A stretch of 64,000 bases of DNA from Camelus dromedarius (taxonomy: Eukaryota). The notes beneath the pieces were generated by a model, which had not been told where the DNA came from, ran no database searches, and saw only the letters and a program-made list of their open reading frames with translations. The position numbers and the translations under genes are program-made. The stretch spans positions 15,004,001 through 15,068,000 of the forward strand of contig NC_087436.1 in the NCBI RefSeq assembly GCF_036321535.1, given 5' to 3'. Shown piece by piece: positions 1-10,188 of the stretch; position 1 is the first letter of the stretch; each line of letters begins with the position of its first letter.

Positions 1-130
1 GTCACTGGTAGGTAGAATTTAGATAGTCTGTAAAATCTCTGAAATCATAGTCAAGATCATGGGTGGGGTCCATAGCTTTTATCAGAATCTCAAAGAGGAA
101 TATGGCGCTTGGAGGTTTCAGAACCACTGA
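1..130. mobile_element. hAT-Charlie-type MITE, terminal fragment
   Basis: ccatagcttttatcagaatctcaaag...cagaaccactg resembles the end of Charlie/MER MITEs; family from memory. Confidence 0.45.
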
Positions 131-309
131 ATCAATGCCTCGTGCATTTGGCATCCCTACCCAGCCCCTAGCCACCAAGAGTCTTCTGGGAAATCAGAAA
201 TAGATCCACATTGGGATAATATCAGTGCTGAGAATACTGCCCAGCCCAACCTCGTCCCCTTAAAAGTCTACCCCTAGTGGGAAAGCCGTCCTAAATAAAA
301 CAGGAAACA

Positions 310-1130
310 TAGAAATTATGAAAGAAAATATAGACTGATTTTATTATGTAAAACAGAAATGTTTTTATACAGAAAAAACACTATCAACAAAATTAAAAGC
401 AAATGATAGCCTCATAAAAATATTTATAATCTGTATAGTAAAAAGTGGATATTCTTAACATGCAAAAAAAGTTTAAAACTTGGGAAATGACCTGAAGAGT
501 TTATTTATAGAGGAGGATATTGGAACAGGAATAAATAGGAAGACCCACAAACCTCCCTAGAGATTAGATACATACAAATGAAAACAGAGATACATTTCCC
601 ACCAAATAGATTAGAAAAATGAAGATCAATAATGTCTAATGACTAGTCATAAACTGTTACGGGAATATAAACTGGTGTAATATTTTCAGAGAGAAATTCT
701 ACAGAATTGAATTCTACCCAATTAAATTTAAAATGCATATAATTTTTGATCCAGAAATTTCACTTATAGGAATGTATTCCCCACAAAATTCATGCAAGTG
801 TGTACAAAGTTTGCTGAGTTGGTATAATAGGAAAAATCTGATAGTGACATAAATATTAATTCATAGAGTAATTCATAATACATTACGGTTGATCCATGCT
901 GTAGAATACCATGCAGCCATGAAAAAGAACAATGTCCCTCTGCACGTACTGACATGGAAGCAGGCCTATGTTATGTTATTGCACTTAAAAAAAAAGAAAT
1001 GTATGCCAATATATGATTCTATTTTTATCTTTATTATAAACCACAAAACAGTGTGCATATGCGTGAATAATGTGCGTGTGTTCATGGACACACAATTCTG
1101 ATGGGCATAGCCAGAGTTCTGGAAAAATAC
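310..1130 (+). mobile_element. Old L1 (L1ME-like) 3' portion, degraded
   Basis: A-rich strand with L1 ORF2-end/3'UTR-like text (tttgatccagaaatttcacttataggaat, atccatgctgtagaataccatgcagccatgaaaaagaa). Confidence 0.7.
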
Positions 1131-1309
1131 ATATTTATCTATTAAATTATCTACATAATTTATCTATTAAATTTGTCTCCCTGTGATGTTGCGGAGTCAC
1201 TTTAAAAATCAGTTTTCAATGTATTGTTGAATTTTTTCAGTCTCCATTTACTACTTTGTAATTATAAACAAATAAACAAAACTCTCCTTAGGAATGCATC
1301 CCAGCCCAG

Positions 1310-1790
1310 TTGTGATATGGTTTGTATAGATGCTGCCTTGACCCAGTTCTGAGGCCCTGGCTACAGACTGGTCTGTTTCCCTTCTTGTGTGGACAATTAA
1401 TTTCACACCTCCAATCACCTTGATGGGGTTGTCACACTCCAGGCCACTATTCACCTGCCCTTATCACCCAGGGCCAGGTACCAGACAACCAAGGACAGCC
1501 CCTAAGCCCCAGAGCCTGGTGAAATTACCCAAACGAGCCAGTCCTAAGTCTGCCTTCCCTGCCTCACATGTTCCTTCCCACGGAAGCCACAGTAAAGGCT
1601 CTCGCCCACAGTTTCACTTTCTCTCTCTGCCTTGTCATCGACGCTGGTGCTTCCTAGAGTGGTCCGGCTTGGTGCACTGTGTTCTTCCTGGAGAACTCTG
1701 AGTGTAATAATCTATACAACTCTTCCCAGCATCTCCCTCTTGATCTGCACCTGGTCTCACCATATCTCACCCAAGGTAATATGGTTGAAA
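1310..1790 (+). mobile_element. ERVL-class solo LTR, MER74-like
   Basis: ccagggccaggtaccagacaaccaaggacagcccc...ccttcccacggaagccacagtaaaggctctcgcccac matches the recalled MER74-family core. Confidence 0.65.
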
Positions 1791-2424
1791 TAGGAGTAAA
1801 ACATACTTGGACATGTTTTCAAGGCATACCCCGTGGATGGATGCCCAGTGCTTCCAGAACTGCCCTCAATTTTATCTGCCTTTGCTGGCATCTCCCCTTG
1901 GCTTCCACACTCCTGATCTTTGCACAGGATCTGGTGCCTTTCCTCCCAGGGCCCGCACCTGATGCACTTTGGCTCCGTTTCCTGGCTCTGACTTTTCTTC
2001 TCCCATCTGGTCCAGCATCTCAGTGGAGTGGTCATTGGCTAATGACCTGCTGTCCAGGCAGGCTCCCACCAAACACAGCCCAGCTTCATGGGCCATCTTC
2101 TAGCAAACTTGACCAATGAAGAACAGAGACAGAGCAAAACTCAGAGGCTGTTAGACGTGGAATAGGCTGAAACTGGGGTCAGAAAGCAAGCAGATGGATT
2201 GTTGCAGGGTTGGCAGCCTGGGAAACCAGCAATCACCAGCAAGCCCTCTGAAGCCTGTCCTGTAAGCAGAAACAGAAGCACATGTGGATGCTGGAGCCGA
2301 AGTGAGCAGGCTTATGGACACACTGAAAGGCAAAGCCAGGTAGAGGCAAAAAGGGTGTGCTGATGGTCAGGGAGCAGCCCACCCACAGAAGAGGCAGTGC
2401 AGGTAATAAAGAGCAGCAAGCGTG

Positions 2425-2720
2425 ACTTCAGAAGACCTGGGTTTGGTCCCTGGTTCTGCTGATGCTGCCAGAGCTGCACAGATGAAGGCACTTAGAGCTT
2501 TTTTAAATTTAATTTAATTTTTTTTTATTTTGGGGAGGAGGTAATTAGGTTTATTTATTTATTTTAATTTTTTTTTTTTAATGGAGGTACTGAGGATTGA
2601 ACCCAGGACCTTCTGCATGCTAAGCATGTGCTCTACCACTGAGCTGTACCCTCCCCTTCACTTACCTTATAAGTTCCAATTTCTTCATCTGTACAGTTGA
2701 GCATAATTCTGCCCACCCAG
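2425..2720 (+). mobile_element. MIR SINE interrupted by a tRNA-derived SINE
   Basis: cagaagacctgggtttggtccctggttctgc ... cactta[insert]cacttacc...aatttcttcatctgta. Confidence 0.55.
2499..2656 (-). mobile_element. tRNA-Ala-derived SINE (vic-1-like, camelid)
   Basis: Reverse strand reads ggggagggtacagctcagtggtagagcacatgcttagcatgcagaaggtcctgggttcaatcctcagtacctcc with A and B boxes, then aaataaacctaattacctcc and an A-rich tail. Confidence 0.9.
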
Positions 2721-3303
2721 GCCCATCTCATCGGACATCAGAAGTGCTCAGGGTGTGGTGGCATTTGGCCAGAGGTGGGGAGACACTGCTGGGATGGGAG
2801 AGGAGGCGCACTGACACTTGATTGGGAGTGACTTTCAGTTTCTTCCTCTCCCTTTATGTTCTGGCCTCCACAGACCCTTCAATGTCACAGTCCTCCCTCA
2901 AACACCCTCTGCCCCCCATCCATACCAACTCTCCTCCCACCCCTCTTTGGGGCTGCTAAGAGCCATGTGCCTGAAGCCAAAAGCTCAAGGCCAAGAGATG
3001 AACTCCCCAGGTCAGCTCGTCACTCCCTCCTGTTCACCAGTCCCTCAGGATCTCCAACAATTTCCATTATCAGCAGACACGGCGCTTCCTGGTGGCGCAC
3101 TGCTCTCACACAACTGAAATTTGCGGACAAGAAAAGCGCAGCTGTTCCGCAGCACTAGCTGGGCAGGAGGCTGGCAGTGGAGGGCCACACACCTTTTGGT
3201 CGCAGCTTGTGTGCTGGGACCTCTCTCCATTTTATGCATTGGGGTGTCTCAGAATTTTCCAGGATGTGGGAGGAACCGTGTTGCTTCCTCTCAGAATGAT
3301 GGG

Positions 3304-3961
3304 TGTCGGGGAGGAAGAAATTTTCCTCTGCCCTTCTAGGTTCTTCTGGCAGGCCTAAGAATTAAATTGACATGAGACATTAACAGGAGAAAATCACACA
3401 AAAGTTTAATGACACGTATATACATGGAAGAGATCCAGGAAAAGTGAGTAACTCGCCAAAATGGCCAAAACTCTCATCTCTCCCCCTCCCCCTTAGCAGA
3501 GGCACTGGGAATTGAATCCTGGATCTCGTGCATGCCAAGCATGTGCTCTACCACTGAGCTATACCCTGACCCCCACCCCCAAAACTCCCATCTTAAATAT
3601 CATTTTCAGCTAAAGTCAAAAGAGAGTGCTGAGATAGTGGTTTGGGACTTCAGAGGGGAGGAAGGCAATTGACGTGGAGACGGGAAAATAAATGCTTGGT
3701 AAACAAGTGTTGGCTGGGCCAGTCTGAGACCGTGGGGCACAGAGAGGAATTTTAGCAGATTTGCTAGGTTCCTCCCATCTACACACCTAGAGTATCCACA
3801 GTGACGGTGCCATTTCCAGAACAGCTTCTCTGTCTACATTCTTTAGGCAGTTAGGGGGAAGGTCAAAGTTTCTTCCAGAGTCTTTTGGGAATTGATCGTT
3901 TTCAGCTCAAAATAATCTGCATGCCATAGAGACCGCTGGGGTGACAAATTGTCCCCCTCCA
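3304..3961 (-). mobile_element. ERV1 solo LTR, MER34-like, with SINE insertion
   Basis: TG...CA termini; reverse strand begins tggagggggacaatttgtcacccc...ggcatgcagattattttgagctgaaaac, typical of MER34-group LTR 5' ends. Confidence 0.7.
3480..3578 (-). mobile_element. tRNA-Ala-derived SINE head without A tail
   Basis: Reverse strand gggtatagctcagtggtagagcacatgcttggcatgcacgagatccaggattcaattcccagtgcctc; 15-bp TSD ccaaaactc(t/c)catct at 3465-3479 and 3579-3593. Confidence 0.85.
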
Positions 3962-4265
3962 CTGGCAAGGGTGGAAGGGGAACCCCCAGAGTCTCACCTC
4001 TGGTGGCCACTCAGGAGGTGTGCTAAAGGAGAGGCAGGGTGAAGCTAGCCTTCCTCTGCGATTTTGCACTCTTCTGCTGTCTCTCAAGCTCTCTTGGGGC
4101 TAGCTGGGAGCACTGGTCCCAGGGCTCTGGGTGAAAAGCAGCCCAAACTCCACCTCTCATCTCCCTGTCCAGTCACTGTTCCTTGAGTCACCGCGGTGGG
4201 CTGCTGAGAGTGCCGGCTCCCTTCACAGCCCGACGTGGTCCCAGACCAGCCAAGGGCCATGGTGG

Positions 4266-4734
4266 GTCACAGTTTCCTGACAAGCATCAGGGATCTGGAG
4301 AATATGCTGCCAGAGAATCGATTCTTGTCTGGTCTAGGAAAGAATTCAAAAGTGAGGCACAGTAAAGGGAAAGTAGATGTATTCAGGGAGATACACACTC
4401 CATAGACAGAGTGCTGGCCGTCTCAGAAGGCAAGAGAGAGAGTGACCGCAGGGTGTGGGATTGTCAGTTTTCATGCACTTGGTAAATTCATATGCTAATG
4501 AGTGGGAGGATTATTTCAACTACTCTGGGGAAGGAGCTGGGATTTCCAGGAAGTGGGTCCCTGCCCACTTTTTGACCTTTTATGGTCAACCTAGGAACTG
4601 TGATGGCGCCTGTGGCTGTGCCATTAGGCTCAAGGTCTACTGGAGGTCGACTCTTCTACCATCTTGGTTCTAACCAGTTTGTCCTCAGTTGCTGTGTCAT
4701 TCCTTCAGTGCCCTGCCCCCTCTCTCCTGTCCCA
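4266..4734 (-). mobile_element. ERV1-like solo LTR
   Basis: ggaaagaattcaaaagtgag...aaagtagatgtattcagggagatacacactccatagacagagtg...tcatatgctaatgagtgggagg; typical antisense ERV1 LTR text. Confidence 0.6.
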
Positions 4735-4985
4735 GAATGAGGCAAAACCAGGTGCCAGATGGGGGGAGACACGTCATTCTGAGTCTCCCCACTCACCCTT
4801 CCAACCTTTTGTCTTCCTCTTCCATTGTTCCATAATCCACCACCTTCCCCCTACTCTCAACCCTGCAGACCAGACTGTCAGGACACAGGACAGATAATAA
4901 AAGGCCTCAGCCATCTTCACCACAGGGAATTATCCCATCTGTTCTCTTCTGACTTCAGCTTGAATTTGCTGAGGCTTCTCCATCT

Positions 4986-5160
4986 AGACCTATGCCATCC
5001 AGTAGGGTGATCACCAGCCACATGTGTGACTATTTACATTTGAACAAATTAAAATTAAATACAATTCAAAGTGTTCAATAGCCACTTGTGGCCAGTGGCC
5101 ACTATATTGGACGGCAGAGAAACGGAACAGCTCCATCACTGCAGAAATTTCTGATCTAGG
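4986..5160 (-). mobile_element. MER3-like hAT-Charlie MITE
   Basis: agccacatgtg...aattaaaattaaat...tagccacttgtggccagtggccactatattggacggcagag...gaacagctccatcactgcagaaa; flanked by tctag on both sides. Confidence 0.8.
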
Positions 5161-6557
5161 CTTCCTATCCTGACTCTTCTAGCTCCAGCCTCCCGTCCCT
5201 CCTTGTTCCGATTCCTTCCTAGTACACACAAAAATCACAATTCCTTTCTATCTAGACCTCCTCCCTAGATGAGGCTCCACTCACCTCTATGTAAGGAAAG
5301 CTCCTTCAAAGTTTTTCCTGCACTGAAGGACCAGCCCCCCACCTTCGATCTGAATTGCACTTCTCCCCTGAAATGCTGGAGCACTGGAGTGATTTCTCTT
5401 TTTCTTTAGGGGAGGGAGAAAGCTAGTGTCCATGGGGGACATCCAGCCGATGGCTAGGGAAGAGTCTCAGGGTTAGACTCGGGTGAGCAGTCAGGAAGGT
5501 TCTGTGGTTAGACACTGATGATCAGAGCTGGGCTAGTCAGAACCAGGCATGTGGGCAAAGCATGAAGGACCATATCCCAAAATGCGCAGACTGAGGTGGA
5601 AATGAACAGAGACGTCAGTGGGTCCACCTCTCTCTTTGGAAGAGAACTCTGAGCTGGAGAGACAACCCGTACAGTTAACTAGGAAAAGCCGCAAATCTGT
5701 GTGATGCTGGCGTGTGGGCACAGATTGACCAGGAATGGGTGATGAGCAACTTGAAGAAAGAAGAATAAAGGCCTTACCAAGGGAGTAAGTGCATTTCAGA
5801 AGAAGTTTCCTCTAGAATGGAATTATTTTAATAAGTGCCATTTGCCTTTTGACTTCCAGCATGACATTGGAAAGTTACTCTTAAAAATGCAGCAAGAGTT
5901 AAAATACACGAATGTTTGTGTATGTAGTTTAACTAGGAAAAAAAAAAGTCCAGTAACTTTTCTTTATTAAACTCTAACATCAATGCTCATCTTGGAAACG
6001 ATACATTGTTCTACTCAAAATGAAAGCAGCCATGAGCACATAGTAAGCAATCAATAAGCCCTTGTGGATTGATTGAAAGTAAATCACAAATAAAAAAACA
6101 AATTAGGAGCCCAGACTCTGCTGACCATTCCCTCCCCAGGCTAATGAGCTGTTTACTTCGCCGGTGATGGTCTCTCGTTAGGGGCTGTTAGTGCAAAACG
6201 GTGCTCATTGAGGTTGGGTCTGGGCGCATCAGCATGAGAGATCAGTCTATCTCTCAGGTGGTGGTGACCGCAGAGCTAGGATGGCAGGCACAGAACCCCA
6301 GTTCTTTTCATTTTCACAGTGGGCTGTGACTTCATTCATCAGCTCCTTAAAGGAGGAAGTCTACAACTGGCATTGCAGTAAGTGGAGCAGAGCAGGTCCC
6401 TTGGGGCAAGCCATGGGTTTGAAGGGCAAAGAAAGAGGCACTTGCTGGTTAGGAATTTCAAACCAGACAGTGTAGTCTGGAAGCGGGAGCTGTGATTACT
6501 TGGATGGAATGTAGCTGGTGCGCATAATGATATTGTGGAGCCAATAACAGCAACAAT

Positions 6558-7320
6558 TGTGATGGGCATTTGTTGTCTTTGTTCTGTGTCCACTTCTCCT
6601 GCTTCTGATGAAAGCGACCCTACAGGTTGCTTTTGGGGGTGAGGGGGGCAATGACGTGTCCCTTTCCTCCCCTGCTATTAGTTAAAGCACAAGGCTCAGC
6701 AGCCATAACTAAGACTCCAAAATGAAGTGTCTCAGACTTTAAGACAGAACGTTAGTTCTCTGTCATGTAACATTCCAGAGCCAGTAGACAGGCTCTGCTC
6801 CACCATCATCCAGGGACCTGGGCCAGCAGGGCGGGCACGACAGCCACCGTCAGTGCCTGGCTTCCAGGGCGGCCTCAGTCTTTGCCACGTGCCTCCTGCA
6901 GGAAGGAAAGGGAGCCTGGAGGAATGTGGCCTTGTGGGTGGCTACCTACTACTTGGACTCAGATTCCATTGGAGCAAACTTGACTATATTTGGCTTCAAG
7001 GGAGTCTGGGAATTGTAGTTTCTAGCCAGGCCCCACATGTGCCAGCCATTACTCCAGGCAAAAGTTGAGCACATAATCCAAGCTGGGTAAAGGACTCTCT
7101 CCTTCAAACACGCTCCCTAGAAATTTTAATTTTGAGCAGAGTGCCAAGAAGCACGAAAATGGTTGGAGCCAATCCTCCCCAGTGGCAGAGCCTGTCACCT
7201 AGGCTCTCGGAACTGCGCTAATTCCTGCCTGATTTTTCACCTTTCCCCAGTGCACAGCTGCCTCTCCCCTCTCTGCTCAAGCTAATGAGAGTTGGTGTTC
7301 ATTATTTGCAAGAAAGACAG
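6558..7320 (+). mobile_element. Old ERVL-class LTR (LTR16/LTR33-like) split by a MaLR insertion
   Basis: tgtgatgggcatttgttgtc... 5' end; ...tgctcaagctaatgagagttggtgttcattatttgcaag 3' end. Confidence 0.45.
6675..7050 (-). mobile_element. Old MaLR LTR (MLT1J/K/L-like)
   Basis: tattagttaaag...gcagccataactaagactccaaaa...ttccattggagcaaact...caagggagtctgggaattgtagtttcta. Confidence 0.6.
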
Positions 7321-7925
7321 CAATTGATGCAACTACCTCTTGAGAACCACCTACTGCTTATCTCAATAACAAAGATTTCTTGTGTACCTACTGTGTGCTG
7401 GCCAATGTTCTAGGCAGTAGAATACACTGATGAGCAAAACGGATCATGACCCTACCTTCAATGAGCCACCTCTTCTGATTTCCCGCAAGCAAAGCTCCTG
7501 GTTCAGGGAGCTCTCCTCTGTTTCTTGGGTGGGAGGCTGAAACTGCAGGTCACACTCAGCAAGTTTCCCACCTGGGCGAGTGAGTACACGTGATTATCAA
7601 TACCCCTTGCACTTTCCTGGAGCATTCTCACTTTCATTTTGCCTTGTGTTTGTGTTTGCCAGATGTAAATTAATTGCAGTGCATCCTACAAGTGAGTTTT
7701 CCCAGGGCAGCAATTTGACTATTGCACTGCGGCCTCGACATCCCTACCAGCTACAGGCTTAATGTTGGTGACAAGTTTGAATTTGCATATTAGCAGGCAT
7801 CAGTGTGCTGCTTTCCGGTGAACCCAAAGGAGAATTCCATCTCCCCTCAGGCTGTTATTACGGGCATCCAGTACTTAGGAGCACATTCAAAAACAGATGC
7901 CTTCATTAGGGTCTCCCCTTTACCT

Positions 7926-7940
7926 CATTGTCATGCAAAT
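7926..7940 (+). promoter_or_regulatory. Sox-Oct composite motif CATTGTCATGCAAAT
   Basis: Exact match to CWTTGTYATGCAAAT in repeat-free sequence; second octamer ATTTGCAT at 7781-7788. Function not demonstrated. Confidence 0.55.
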
Positions 7941-9777
7941 CACCCGAATCAAGGAGTTGGAAAATGTTGGAGAGGTGACCCTAGAGCATCTTAAAGAAGT
8001 AACAAGTCAACGTACAGGGCATTCCTTGATTAATTGGGACTGCTAGGAAAACACTGCCGGCTTCCGCCAATGGGAACTTGCTGACATCAAATTATCTTTG
8101 AGTACCCTCCAGTCATGTGCGAAACTCCCTCTTGCTACTTCTGTCAATTCTTTTTCCTACTTTTTTTGGGGTTTTTTTTTTTTTTTTTGAGGAGTGGAGG
8201 TGGGACTTGAAAAAGAAGTGGGACTTGGAAGGAGTTGCCAACTGCAAACGTTCAAGCTAATTAGCAGGACGCTGGGGACCAGGCGGGCCGTGAGGGTGCC
8301 GGGGCAGTGTGGGAGTGGGATGGACCAGTGCGCTTAATCCTAGCAGCCTAACAGGTTTCAACCCTAAAGATACGTGGTAGAAAGATGTCATGAATAATTC
8401 AGTGAGCACGAGGTCCTGAACCCACATTTTCTCTCATAAAGCGGAAAGCCAGGAGCCTCGGATACCAAGTCTGAAACCTATCAGAGCTAAATCTCCCTCT
8501 TTCAGAGTTTCTTACTAAGTGCTGTGTAGGTGTGAAAAGCCTTATTACCATGTAATTTTGTTGGGAGCAGACTTCCAAGTACCTGCTTTACTTTATATTC
8601 ACACACACAAAAAAGATCAAAATGCATTTTATTTCCTAACAATAGCCAATTTGGCTATAATTATTGTAAAATACTGAATTTTTGAGGCAGAGCGCCCAAG
8701 TGACTCCCTACATGGCTCCCCTCCATACGTGAATATCTTCTTATTTATTGCCTTCCCCATAATGAACTTGGAGATAAACAACAGAAAAAGTAATTTGGGT
8801 TGTTGTGTTTTTGTTTTTGTTTTTTTTTTTTTGACAACGCTGAACCTTTGAATAGAGAAAATCACACAGTTGAACACAGAGCGCAGTCCTGTGTGGTAAG
8901 TGGTATCCATGGCAACCAATAGATTTTATGCTAAGTCTGGCCTTTAAAAACATTTCACGTTTACCACTGAGAAAAAGATGGCCTTGATTTAAAAATGATA
9001 CAACAAGTACCTCGAATGGGCATGCTTTCTGCTCTGGGCTGCAAACACAATTAAGAGGCATCTCCTCGGTACCAAATCACCTCAATAAGATCTATGCCAT
9101 CCTGGAGGAACATCAGAGCCTGCCTGAAAAACAGAGAAAGAGGTTGGACGTGCTGTATTCTGCTGCAGGGGCTGAGGCAGTTTGTTTTTCACTTGTGTTC
9201 CTTGTGTTTAATGCCAGGAGTAAAAAAAAAAAAAAAAAAAAAAATAGGGAGTAAAAATAGCACGTGGGCCTCTTATCTTAGTCTGTGATCATGGTGACTG
9301 TGAAAATATTATGGCCTGCTTATCTTGGGAGCAGCTCCAATCACACCCGCTTATTATAACTCGGAATAATGGATGGAGAAATATCTGCCATACCAGCCTC
9401 GGACCGAGCGCTCCAAATTAGTTTCTGTTCGCATTTAGAACTTGGGGACCCAAAATGGAACGCAGCCGTGGCAACGAGAGGATGTCGCCCTAATGATGCA
9501 CTTGAAGAAAACCAGAAAGGAAGAGTCCCCATCTTTAAAAAGAGGAGAGAAATTTGATCAACAGTGCACTAAAGGAAGGAAACAATTCGTGTCTTGGAGA
9601 GGCGTTCGTTTACTAAGCTGCTTGTAGCTGCTCTGATAGCTTCCTGAAGACGGCATTTCTGTTTCCTTTTTCAAGATGGGTTGTCTGTTATGCCTCAAAA
9701 TGGGATGATCTTGGCCATATCAAGTCAGAGAAACCTCGACCTCCTTCCTCTGAAGGTGTTTTCAGCCGGAGTGTTTT

Positions 9778-10188
9778 TGCAATGGGCTGAATTGTGTCCC
9801 CTCTGCCAGATTCACGTGTGGAAGCCCTAACCCCCATACCGCAAAACGTGACTTCCTTTGGAGAAAGGGCCTTTCAAGAAATGATTAAGTTAAAATGAGG
9901 CTGTTAGTTGGGGCCCTAATCCAATCTGACGGATGTCCTTATGAGAAGAGGAAATTTGGACCCACAGAAAGACACTAGGGGTGTGCGTGCGCAGAGGGAA
10001 GTCGATGTGAACACACAGGGGGAAGGCAGCCGTCTGCAAGCTGAGGGGAGAGGCCTCAGAAGAAACTAAACCTGCAGACACCTCCATCTTAGATCTCCAG
10101 CCTCTGGAACAGTGAGAAAACTCACTTCTGCTGTGTAAGCCACCCAGTGCGTGGTATTTTGTTGCAGCAGCTCTGGAAAGCTTATACC
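9778..10188 (+). mobile_element. MaLR solo LTR, MLT1B-like
   Basis: atgggctgaattgtgtcccc...gattaagttaaaatgagg...gggccctaatccaatctgacggatgtccttatgagaagagg...taagccacccagtgcgtggtattttgtt. Confidence 0.9.

Noticed and set aside
7720..7737. miR-92/25-like seed tattgcac with a short gcagtgca/tgcactgc inverted pair
   Set aside because: The remainder does not match the mature miRNA and the stem is only 8 bp.
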